Part shown: piece after piece, positions 38,894 through 46,966 of the stretch
Layout of the letters: every line of letters starts with the position of its first letter
Numbering within the stretch: position 1 is the first letter of the stretch
NCBI GenBank assembly: GCA_040758135.1
Contig: JBFLWA010000004.1
Span: 76,759 to 140,758, forward strand
Length of the DNA stretch: 64,000 nucleotides
Direction of reading: 5' to 3'
From: Bacillota bacterium
GTDB lineage: Bacteria > Bacillota > Sulfobacillia > JBFLWA01
The notes under the pieces: generated by a model
The model's input: the letters and a program-made list of their open reading frames with translations, nothing else
Database searches by the model: none
What the model was told of the DNA's origin: nothing
Program-made: the position numbers and the translations under genes

Positions 38894-40005
38894 TAGTCTA
38901 CCTCCCCACGGGTGCTGGGATAAGCGGTTATCAACCAGTCTGCCCCCACTGCCTCCACCGTCTCAATCACCAGGGGGCGGGCCTGGCGCAGCAACTCCGG
39001 ACCCTGCCCGCCAACGGGGCCGGGAGCCGATCGCCCGCCAATGAGCATTGGGGCCACAAAGAACAGAAACTTGTCGACACATCCAGCCGCCACGAAGGCG
39101 GCGGCCACCTCGGGTCCACCCTCCACCAGCAAGCTGGTGATCTCGCGCTGGGCCAGCAATGGCAGGAGCTCGCCGGGCTCGGGGCGCGACCCGGCGGCCC
39201 GGTGCACCTCGATCCCCAGCCGGGTCAGAGCCCGCTCCCGGGCCGGGTCGGCCCCCCGCCCGGACATGACCAGGGTGGCGACCTCCCCGGCCGTGGCGGC
39301 CAGGCGCGAGGCGGTGGGCAGGCGGAGGCGGCTGTCCAGCACCACCCGCAGGGGATTCTGTCCGCCCGGCACCCGGGCGGTGAGCAGCGGGTCATCGGCC
39401 AGCACCGTGCCAATTCCCACCAGTATGGCATCATACTGGCTGCGCAGCCGGTAGACCCGCTCGCGGGCCGGCTCGGAAGTGATCCAGCGCGAGTCGCCGC
39501 CAACAGTGGCCACCTTGCCGTCCAGGCTCATGGCCGCTTTCAGCGCCACAAAGGGGCGGCGCTCCCGCATAAAGGTGAAGAAGACCTCGTTCTGGCGCCG
39601 GGCCGCCCCGGACAGGAGTCCCACCTCCACCTCAACTCCGGCCGACCGTAGCTCGGCGATACCCCGCCCGGCCACCAGCGGGTTGGGGTCCATGGCCGCG
39701 ACCACCACCCGGCGCAACCCGGCATCAATGATCGCCCGGGTGCAGGGCGGGGTGCGCCCGTAGTGGCAGCAAGGCTCAAGGGTGACATAGAGGGAGCCGC
39801 CGGCCGCCCGGCCGCCCGCCTCCCGCAGGGCCAGGATCTCGGCGTGGGGCTCACCGGCCCGCTGGTGCCAGCCGCGGCCCACGGCCTCGCCGGTGGCGTC
39901 GAGCACCACCGCCCCCACCATGGGGTTGGGGCTGACGGTGGCCCGGCCCAGCTCGGCCAGGCGCAGGGCTTCAGTCATCCACTGCCGGTCATCCACACTG
40001 CTCAC
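38893..40005 (-). CDS. ribD: bifunctional diaminohydroxyphosphoribosylaminopyrimidine deaminase / 5-amino-6-(5-phosphoribosylamino)uracil reductase
   Basis: Deaminase zinc motifs HAEILAL and TLEPCCHYGRTPPC, followed by the reductase domain. The start is uncertain: GTG 40005, GTG 39996 or ATG 39978. The track ORF start at 40065 would lie inside the riboswitch expression platform. Confidence 0.9.
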   Translation of the reverse strand: MSSVDDRQWMTEALRLAELGRATVSPNPMVGAVVLDATGEAVGRGWHQRAGEPHAEILALREAGGRAAGGSLYVTLEPCCHYGRTPPCTRAIIDAGLRRVVVAAMDPNPLVAGRGIAELRSAGVEVEVGLLSGAARRQNEVFFTFMRERRPFVALKAAMSLDGKVATVGGDSRWITSEPARERVYRLRSQYDAILVGIGTVLADDPLLTARVPGGQNPLRVVLDSRLRLPTASRLAATAGEVATLVMSGRGADPARERALTRLGIEVHRAAGSRPEPGELLPLLAQREITSLLVEGGPEVAAAFVAAGCVDKFLFFVAPMLIGGRSAPGPVGGQGPELLRQARPLVIETVEAVGADWLITAYPSTRGEVD

Positions 40006-40024
40006 CCCCGACAAACAACTAGCC

Positions 40025-40222
40025 CCGGGTCGAAAAAAACCGGGGCAATACGCGTGCGCAAACAACCAATGGCGCGCTCGAACCTTCTCCCATCCAGACT
40101 GTACTGTCGGCCCCGGAATCTCACCGGATCCTGCCGCCTAAGCGGCTCGCGGGCTCCCTCAAGGAGGTTACCGCCGGTCAGGAATTGGGGGTTTCCCCCC
40201 TCACCATGCCCCGAAGGTAGTA
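40025..40222 (-). promoter_or_regulatory. FMN riboswitch (RFN element) controlling ribD
   Basis: The minus strand reads CTTCGGGGCATGGTGAGGGGGGAAACCCCCAATTCCTGACCGGCGGTAA...AGCCCGCGAGCC...GGATCCGGTGAGATTCCGGGGCCGACAGTACAGTCTGGATGGGAGAAGG. This matches the conserved RFN core blocks. Confidence 0.9.
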
Positions 40223-40239
40223 TTAACTTGTGCTAGTTT

Positions 40240-40268
40240 ATTATATTAGGTATTTGGCCACATGTAAA
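40240..40268 (-). promoter_or_regulatory. rib operon promoter
   Basis: TTTACA (40268-40263), a 17-nt spacer, then TATAAT (40245-40240), about 20 nt upstream of the riboswitch. Confidence 0.7.
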
Positions 40269-40285
40269 TTACCTTACCAGCATTT

Positions 40286-40315
40286 TTGCGTCGATTGCCG
40301 CTCAAGTGGTATAAT
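40286..40315 (+). promoter_or_regulatory. promoter of the LCP-GNAT-FkbH-ACP::DUF43 operon
   Basis: TTGCGT (40286-40291), an 18-nt spacer, then extended -10 TGGTATAAT (-10 hexamer at 40310-40315). It lies back-to-back with the rib promoter. Confidence 0.55.
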
Positions 40316-40403
40316 ATGGTCGGACAAGGTGGTTGCGGTTTGCCGGAGCAGCGGAGCGAGGATAGTCAAAGCACGCAGAGGGCAAGGTCTGGAGGGAACT
40401 GTA

Positions 40404-41354
40404 TTGCGCAGGTCTGTTGTCATGGTGGCCGGTATCTCGCTCGCAGTTTTATGCTCCTTCGCCCTGTCCATCATCGTCCGCCCGGCGCTGCGCGCCGCGC
40501 CCGAGCCTCCGCCGCTGGCCGCCCCGAGAGCCGAAGCCTCGCCACGCGGCAGCACTCCCCACCGAGAGCTCACCACTTTCCTGCTGGTGGGGCTGGATAC
40601 ACCGGACCAGGAGGTCAAGAAGGCCCCCGTCCGGTCGGATGTGATCATCGTCGGGGCGCTGGACGCCCAGGCGGGCAAGGTGAGCCTGATCTCCATCCCC
40701 CGGGACACCTATGTCTATATTCCCGACCGCGGGATGGACAAGATCAACCACGCCTTTGCCTTCGGCGGCGGCACCAGGGGCGACGGCGGGGTAAAGCTGC
40801 TGCAGCAGACGGTCATGCGCTTCCTAGGGCTGCCCAGGATCGACTCTTACGTGGTGATCGATATGAACACCATCGTCCAGATGGTTGACGCCATCGGTGG
40901 GATCACCGTCCGCCTGGACCGCTCGGTCTGGCTAGACGAAAACACCCAACTGCCCAAAGGCGAACACCGCCTCAACGGACACCAAGCACTACTCTTAGTG
41001 CGCCAGCGCAAACTGGATCCCCAGGGCGATTTCGGGCGCATCAAGAACCAGCAGGCCTTCCTACGGGGGGTATTGGAGGAAGTCCGCTCCGCCGGCATGA
41101 ATGAGAAGCTGAGCCTAGCCTCGTATGCCCTGAAGCACGTGCGGACCAATGTCAGCCTAACCTACGCCGTCGGGATGATGAACTCCCTCAAGGATCTGAC
41201 CGTTGACGACATAACCAGCTACATCATACCTGGCACCGACCTCTGGCTGAAGGGGATCGCCTATGTCAAGCCCGACCTGAACCGGACGGCCGAGATCGCC
41301 CAAGAGGTCTTTGGGGTGGAGAACAAGAAGGTGAAAGTACGGGGAGCCCGCTAG
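40404..41354 (+). CDS. LCP (LytR-CpsA-Psr) family glycopolymer transferase
   Basis: N-terminal TM anchor, then TFLLVGLDTPD...RSDVIIVGALD...VSLISIPRDTYVYIPDRGMDKINHAFAFGG. I chose the TTG at 40404, with GGAGGGA 6 nt upstream. The track ORF start at 40230 precedes the predicted promoter. Confidence 0.85.
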   Translation: MRRSVVMVAGISLAVLCSFALSIIVRPALRAAPEPPPLAAPRAEASPRGSTPHRELTTFLLVGLDTPDQEVKKAPVRSDVIIVGALDAQAGKVSLISIPRDTYVYIPDRGMDKINHAFAFGGGTRGDGGVKLLQQTVMRFLGLPRIDSYVVIDMNTIVQMVDAIGGITVRLDRSVWLDENTQLPKGEHRLNGHQALLLVRQRKLDPQGDFGRIKNQQAFLRGVLEEVRSAGMNEKLSLASYALKHVRTNVSLTYAVGMMNSLKDLTVDDITSYIIPGTDLWLKGIAYVKPDLNRTAEIAQEVFGVENKKVKVRGAR

Positions 41355-41381
41355 CCTACAGTGACCCGGGAGGATGAGACA

Positions 41382-41870
41382 GTGACAGACGAGGCAGTGG
41401 TAGAGGTAAGAGCGGCACGAGAAGGCGATATCGCCCAGCTGGCCCGGTTCGAGGCAGAAATCGCCGCCATCTCCTTCGGGGAGGAGGCGGTGACCGACCC
41501 GGCCCAGCACACCAGGAAGCTCCACCGGGCCCTCGGCAAGGATGACGAGATCATGCTGGTCCTGGCCGAGGGTGACCAGGTGCAGGGCTGGCTGTGGGTC
41601 TCCGTCAACACCAATATGTTCACCGGCAGCCGCTACGCCAACTTCCGCAGCTTCGCCCTGGCTCCCACCTTCCGCGGCGGCCGCTGGGGCGAACAGCTCT
41701 TCCGGGCCGGGCTGGAGCGCATCCGCCGCCTGGGCGGGATCACCCGGGTGGTCGGACGGGTCCATGTGGACAACTTGCCCATGCGCCTCCTCTATAAGCA
41801 GCTCGGCTTCGTCCCCCAGCACCTGACCATGGAGCTCTGCCTGAAGGACGAGGCTGAGGGTCATGAGTGA
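41382..41870 (+). CDS. GNAT family N-acetyltransferase
   Basis: Acetyl-CoA-binding region (FRGGRWGEQLFRAGLERIRRLG) and a C-terminal LYKQLGF. I prefer the GTG at 41382, with GGGAGGA 8 nt upstream, over the track start at 41361. Confidence 0.8.
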   Translation: MTDEAVVEVRAAREGDIAQLARFEAEIAAISFGEEAVTDPAQHTRKLHRALGKDDEIMLVLAEGDQVQGWLWVSVNTNMFTGSRYANFRSFALAPTFRGGRWGEQLFRAGLERIRRLGGITRVVGRVHVDNLPMRLLYKQLGFVPQHLTMELCLKDEAEGHE

Positions 41871-42882
41871 GCCCATCAAGATCGTCTTCTGGGATCTGGA
41901 TGGTACTCTCTGGGGCGGTACCCTGGAGGAAGATGCCGACGAACTGACCATCCCCCCCGGCGAAGTGCGCGAGGTCCTACTGGAGCTGGATCGCCGGGGG
42001 ATCCTCCACTCGGTGATCAGTCAGGCGGCGTCGGCAGCGGCCGGAAGGCGCCTGGCCGAGCACGGGTTGGACCACCTTTTCCTGCGCCCCAAGTACAACG
42101 TGGTCAGCAAGGCGCAGGCCATCGCCGAGACCCTGCGGGAGCTGAACCTGCTCCCCAGCAATGCCGCTTTCATCGATGACCTCCCCTTCTACCGGGGCGA
42201 AGTACAGCAGCTGCTGCCCGAGGTGCTGACCCTCGGTCCCGAGGCTATTCCCGACCTCCCCCGCCACCCGCGCTTCGCCATCCGCTCCACCCTGGGCTCC
42301 ACCCGGCGCGAGCTCTACCGGGCGGAGGAACAAAGGGAACAGGCCGAGCTGAAGTTCGCTGGTAGCCGGGCCGAGTTCCTGGCCTCGTGCCAGATGGTGC
42401 TGACCTGCCACCCAGTCCGGGAGAGCGACCTCGCCCGCCTGCACGAGCTCTTCGCCCGCACCCATCGGCTGAGCATCCGCCCGGCGGGCGGAGAGACCGC
42501 CAGCACCGACCACGGCCTGATCCGGAAGTTCGTGGCTGAACTGAAGGACCGATTCGGCGACTATGGGCTGGTTGCCGGAGCGGCCATACATATTACCCAT
42601 CCGGAATGGAACTGCCGGCAACTATCCATCTCCTGCCGGGTGCAGGGGCGGGGCGTGGTAGAGGGATTCTTAGCCTGGCTAGTCAAAATGGCTGCACAAG
42701 ATGATGCCGTTTTGTCATTGACGGTTTCTACCGCCTCCGAGGTCAACCAGCCGCTGCGCACCGCCCTGCGTCTGGCCGGGTTCGCCCCGGCCGATAAGGG
42801 GCCGGGCTGGGAGCGCCTGGTACCGGTGCGGCCGGAGCGGCTGGGGGTGCCGGAATGGATCAGATTGGAGGAGCGCCCATGA
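41863..42882 (+). CDS. HAD-IIIC / FkbH-like domain protein
   Basis: HAD motif I IVFWDLDGTLWGG and motif IV-like AFIDDLP, with a C-terminal acyltransferase-like half, as in FkbH-family proteins (from recollection). Overlaps the GNAT gene by 8 nt. Confidence 0.7.
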   Translation: MSEPIKIVFWDLDGTLWGGTLEEDADELTIPPGEVREVLLELDRRGILHSVISQAASAAAGRRLAEHGLDHLFLRPKYNVVSKAQAIAETLRELNLLPSNAAFIDDLPFYRGEVQQLLPEVLTLGPEAIPDLPRHPRFAIRSTLGSTRRELYRAEEQREQAELKFAGSRAEFLASCQMVLTCHPVRESDLARLHELFARTHRLSIRPAGGETASTDHGLIRKFVAELKDRFGDYGLVAGAAIHITHPEWNCRQLSISCRVQGRGVVEGFLAWLVKMAAQDDAVLSLTVSTASEVNQPLRTALRLAGFAPADKGPGWERLVPVRPERLGVPEWIRLEERP

Positions 42883-44162
42883 CCCAGAATACACAGGACC
42901 AGCGACAGCTGATGGCCATTTTGAGCCGTCTCTCGGGTCGGCCGGAGGAGAACATCGCCCCCGAGCTCCCCCTCTTCGGCAAGGGGCTGGGGCTGGATTC
43001 GGTCTCCGGCGTGGCCTTGATGACCGCGCTGGAGGAGGAGTTCGGGATCACCTTGGACGATATCGATCTGCATATGGAGGCCCTAGACAGCGTAGGTAAC
43101 TTGCTTAAGCTGGTGGGCGACCCGACCCGCCGCCCCAAGAGCTGGGCCCGCCAGCTGGAGCAGGTGGCCACCGCCGCCAGGCTGCACGAAGGGCGGGCCG
43201 GGGTCGAGAGGGTCATCGGCCAGGTGGCAGCCAGTCCGGGTCTGACCTCCCGGGAGCTGGCTGCCCGTTGCTCGCTTCCCACACCGGTGGTGGCGGCGGT
43301 CCGTAAAGAGCTGGCCAGGGCCGGGCTGCTGGAGGAGGCGGGTAAGGGCGCCCGCCTGACCGGGCCGGGCGAGGAGATCGCGCGCGGCCTGCGCCTGGGG
43401 GTAGACCAGACGACCGAAGACCCAGCCGAGACGCACCGGGCCCGACGCTCGCCCCTCTTCCCCGAGCTGGTGGAGCGGCTGACGCCCCTCCTGGAGCAGC
43501 GACCCAAGGCCGACTTTGCGCTGGACCAGGCCAAGAGCCTGCCGGAGACCACCGCCGCCCGGGCCCTGCTGGCTCTGGACTATGGGGTGCTCTTGGGCAA
43601 ACGGGTGGCCTTCGTTGGTGATGACGATTTTACCGCGGTGGGCCTGGCGGTACTGGGCCAGATGATGGAAGAGCGGGGCGCGGCGGGCCCCACCCGCCTG
43701 ACGGTCCTGGACATTGATAAACGCATCCTATCGGTAATGGGCGGGTTGGCTGACCAATACGGATACCCTGTTGAGCCCGTGGAATACGACGCGCGCCTCC
43801 CCGTGCCGAAGCAGCTGGTTGGCACCCACGATGCCTTCTTCACCGACCCGCCCTACACAGTGGCCGGGGCCCGGCTCTTCGTCTCCCGGGGTGTGGAACT
43901 CTGCCGCCCCGCTGGCTTCCTGGCCTTTTTCTCCTTCGCCAACAAGGGGCCCCGGGAGATGCTGGAGGTACACCGGGCCATGGTGGAAATAGGGCTCTTG
44001 GTGCGGGAGGTAGTCCCACGCTTCAACCGCTACGAGGGAGCCAGCCTCTGGGGGAACCAGTCGCAGATGATTGTCTTCGAGGGAACCGATGTTGCCCGCT
44101 CCGTCGAGAGCGGAGAATACGGCGGCCCCCTTTACACCAGGGAGTTCAGGAAACGAGGATAG
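42879..44162 (+). CDS. fusion protein: carrier-protein (PP-binding) domain + winged-helix-like segment + DUF43/BpsA-like aminopropyl/methyltransferase-fold domain
   Basis: ATGA overlap with the upstream gene. The N-terminal ~80 aa contain GLGLDSVSGVALMTALEEEFGI (a Ser attachment-type motif). The middle contains LTSRELAARCSLPTPVVAAVRKELARAGLLEE. The C-terminal part has RVAFVGDDDFTAVGLA, LTVLDIDKRIL and DAFFTDPPYT, typical of DUF43 (N4-bis(aminopropyl)spermidine synthase family). Confidence 0.7.
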   Translation: MTQNTQDQRQLMAILSRLSGRPEENIAPELPLFGKGLGLDSVSGVALMTALEEEFGITLDDIDLHMEALDSVGNLLKLVGDPTRRPKSWARQLEQVATAARLHEGRAGVERVIGQVAASPGLTSRELAARCSLPTPVVAAVRKELARAGLLEEAGKGARLTGPGEEIARGLRLGVDQTTEDPAETHRARRSPLFPELVERLTPLLEQRPKADFALDQAKSLPETTAARALLALDYGVLLGKRVAFVGDDDFTAVGLAVLGQMMEERGAAGPTRLTVLDIDKRILSVMGGLADQYGYPVEPVEYDARLPVPKQLVGTHDAFFTDPPYTVAGARLFVSRGVELCRPAGFLAFFSFANKGPREMLEVHRAMVEIGLLVREVVPRFNRYEGASLWGNQSQMIVFEGTDVARSVESGEYGGPLYTREFRKRG

Positions 44163-44297
44163 CAGAAGACAGAGCACCGGGAGGCAGCCCTCGGCCCACG
44201 CCCAGTTTTTACTGCGGTTTTGCTGACACATTGCCACCGCGCCAGATGGGCACAATGAGCCAGAGGTCAACTAAGCCCACTGGTAAGGAGTGACAGT

Positions 44298-44504
44298 ATG
44301 ATGCGCCACAACGGAGACACCTCGAACCGCAAGATCGGCGATCGCTCCAGGCTGCCCTGGTGGCATACAGAGCACCTGGCCTCGGATATGGAGATCGCGG
44401 AGGAGATTGGTGCCCACCACCGGGAGAACCCGCTCCGAGTGACCAACTACCTGACCAAAACGCTGTTTCTTACCGGGCACTACCAAGACGGAATCTACTT
44501 CTAG
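44298..44504 (+). CDS. hypothetical 68-aa protein
   Basis: The ORF has an AAGGAGTGA RBS 4-5 nt upstream of ATG ATG. I recognised no family. Confidence 0.35.
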   Translation: MMRHNGDTSNRKIGDRSRLPWWHTEHLASDMEIAEEIGAHHRENPLRVTNYLTKTLFLTGHYQDGIYF

Positions 44505-44581
44505 GCCCAGAACAGAAAGGAAGCCAACCCCGTATGGGCCAAGGCCTCCTTCGTCTGTTTCCGGGGGTGATGGCGGGACGC

Positions 44582-45135
44582 CTAGCCCCGGGTATAAACT
44601 TCCTTACCTTCGATGAAGACCCGCTGGCAATGGGTGAGTGTATCGAAGGGATATCGAAGGGATGCCCGTCGAAGATAGCGATATCGGCATCCTTCCCCAC
44701 CTCCAGGCTGCCGACCCGGTCGGCGATTCCCAGGATCTCGGCCGGGTTAATGGTGGTGGCCTTCCAGGCCTCATCCTCCGGCAGCCCTTCCCGGACAGCG
44801 ATGCCGGTATGGATGGGCAGCCAGCGGGTGTTGGAAGAGGTGTCGACCTGAATGGCGACCTTCACCCCGGCCTGAGCCAGGATCCCGGCGTTCTTCAGGG
44901 AGACATCGTTGAGCTCCATCTTGGCCCTGGTCATCAGCAGCGGTCCGACGGTGACCCGGACGCCCTTGGCGGCCAGCAGGTCGGCAATCTTATAGCCCTC
45001 GGTGCAGTGCTCCAGGAGCTCCCGGACCTTGACCAGTGCATCGCGGAGGACGGCCGCGTTGCCCATGCGGGTGGCGGGACCGCCGTTTCTACTGCCGTAG
45101 TTGCGCTTAGGGTTCTCGCCCTTCCTACCGGGAGG
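44582..45135 (-). pseudogene. amidohydrolase-family gene remnant: 5' truncated, internally deleted, 3' frameshifted
   Basis: The homologous stretch GENPKRNYG..PATRMGNAAVLRDAL jumps to EHCTEGYKIADLLAAKGVRVTVGP...VKVAIQVD...INPAEILGIADRVGSLEVGKDADIAIFDG. Removing one copy of the 11-bp duplication restores the canonical C-terminus GHPFDTLTHCQRVFIEGKEVYTRG and a stop at 44582-44584. Confidence 0.7.
44642..44663. repeat. perfect 11-bp tandem duplication (ATCGAAGGGAT x2)
   Basis: Read directly: 44642-44652 and 44653-44663 are identical. This creates the frameshift in the amidohydrolase remnant. Confidence 0.9.
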
Positions 45136-45221
45136 AGCAGAAAAGGGTGAAGTGGCCGGAAAAGACGGGAAAAAGCCCCCCGAAGGGGGCCAGGAGCTAT
45201 TCTTCATTCGTGGGATACCGG

Positions 45222-45926
45222 TCAATCGCCGTAGTAGTACCGCTGGTGCCCCTCGCCTCCCCGCTTCACCGCGTTCAACACAATCCCCAGCAAGTGACAC
45301 TTACCTCCGATGAGAGAGCGAACCGCGTGGACCGCTGTCTCCTTAGTCACCTTGCCGGACCGCATGGTCAGCACTACGCCGTCAACCTGCATGCCCAGGA
45401 GCACCGGATCCGCCACCGCCAACATGGGGGGGGAGTCCACGATCACCAGGTCGTACACATCGCTGAAGTGCTCGATCATCTGCTTCATCCGTTGGGAGCC
45501 CACCATCTCCGCCGGATTGGGCGGGATCGGTCCAGAGGTCAATACCCATAGGTTCTCAATCCCACTGAACTGCACGAAATCGTCGAACTCGCGTGCTGTA
45601 CTTACCAAAGCAGTGCTGACCCCTGAGGTGTTGGGCAGCCGGAACGCCTTATGCACCGCAGGCCTCCGCAGGTCAGCATCGATAATCAGTACCCGCTGGC
45701 CGTTCCGGGCAAAGGAGACCGCCAGGTTACACGTGGTAGTCGTCTTCCCCTCGCCAGGTGTCGCGCTGGTTACTGCAATAGTTCGGAGAGGGTTATCCAC
45801 ATTGAAAAACTGGATGTTTGTCCTCAGCATACGGTAGGCCTCGGCCGCCTGGGAGTGCTCGGGAGCCAGATTAATGCCAGCCTGATTATTAGTGGCATCG
45901 GACCTCCTGCGCTTGCTGGTCGCCAT
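45222..45926 (-). CDS. CpsD/CapB-type tyrosine-protein kinase (BY-kinase)
   Basis: Walker A TSATPGEGKTTT, Walker A' VLIIDADLRRP, Walker B VIVDSPP, and a C-terminal tyrosine cluster QRYYYGD. Confidence 0.9.
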   Translation of the reverse strand: MATSKRRRSDATNNQAGINLAPEHSQAAEAYRMLRTNIQFFNVDNPLRTIAVTSATPGEGKTTTTCNLAVSFARNGQRVLIIDADLRRPAVHKAFRLPNTSGVSTALVSTAREFDDFVQFSGIENLWVLTSGPIPPNPAEMVGSQRMKQMIEHFSDVYDLVIVDSPPMLAVADPVLLGMQVDGVVLTMRSGKVTKETAVHAVRSLIGGKCHLLGIVLNAVKRGGEGHQRYYYGD

Positions 45927-46651
45927 TAGCCCCTGCCCCTTTCCGGACTGTTCTTCTGGACACCGCCGTTGCGCTTACTGCTGCCGCTTTCAAGGACCTT
46001 GTCGAACTCGGGGATAACACCCAATACGGGGACATCGAACAGCTCCTCCAGTTCGTCCGGATTCTCGACGGTGTTATCCATGTACTCTGCCAGAAACGCT
46101 ATTCCGAGACCGGTTAGCGCTCCGAGAAAAGCGCTCACTACCATCACCTGCATCTTCCGGGGCTTGACTGGATCGGTGGGCACCCGGGCTTCATCAATGG
46201 TTACCACATTGTCTACCTGCATAATTGAGATAACACTGCGCTTAAACGCATCGGCGGTAGCATTGGCGATAACCTTGGCCTGCACCGGGTCAGCATGTTC
46301 TACCACAATCTCAATGATCTCCGTATCGCCCCGCAGCCGGACATCCACTGCCCGGCGCAATTCGTCGGCAGTGGTATCCAGATCAAGCCAGGTAATAACC
46401 TGATCCATCACCTTAGCGCTGCGAGCGATCTCCCGGTAAGTCTTAACAATCTGTCGATTAGCCAAGATGTCTTGATAGATGATTTGCTGTTCCCCTGGTG
46501 TCTTACCTACCAGCAGCGTCGTGCTGGCTTCGTAAACGGGCTGGACAATAAAAAAGACCATGACTGCCGCTGTTGCTAAAGCGATGACTGGAATTGCTGC
46601 AATAACGGCAAACCTCTTCCGAAGTATCGTGATGACTTCTCTCAGCTCCAT
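45926..46651 (-). CDS. Wzz/CpsC-type chain-length determinant / kinase modulator
   Basis: 241-aa ORF with an N-terminal TM, a periplasmic-type loop and a C-terminal TM (VMVVSAFLGALTGLGIAFLAEYMD). There is a 1-nt overlap with the kinase gene. Confidence 0.85.
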   Translation of the reverse strand: MELREVITILRKRFAVIAAIPVIALATAAVMVFFIVQPVYEASTTLLVGKTPGEQQIIYQDILANRQIVKTYREIARSAKVMDQVITWLDLDTTADELRRAVDVRLRGDTEIIEIVVEHADPVQAKVIANATADAFKRSVISIMQVDNVVTIDEARVPTDPVKPRKMQVMVVSAFLGALTGLGIAFLAEYMDNTVENPDELEELFDVPVLGVIPEFDKVLESGSSKRNGGVQKNSPERGRG

Positions 46652-46966
46652 TTAGCTAACCCTCCGACTCACACAAGGCCTGATTAGGTCATGGCTGCCA
46701 TCTCCAAGACAGGCTAATCTTGGTGCATCGCAAGATTCGACAAGATTGGCCTATCTCCTTCCAGAGTGACTTAATATTAACACTGGACCTCTGAACTTCC
46801 ACCACCTATAGTTGCAGCGCCTGGCTTCTACAGACTTGGAGAATGACAGTCCAGGAGCATCACTCTGTACGTGTTCTCCCCTCCCCAAGGACCGTATCGA
46901 ATGCTGAATAGACTGGACCTGTAACTAGTACCGCTTATGCTCACAGCCGGCTTGTCCGCCAGCCCT

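Noticed and set aside
44298-44504. Alpha/beta-type small acid-soluble spore protein assignment for the 68-aa ORF
   Set aside because: Only a vague resemblance (..DMEIAEEIG..) exists, and the conserved SASP DNA-binding motifs are absent. I kept it as a low-confidence hypothetical CDS.
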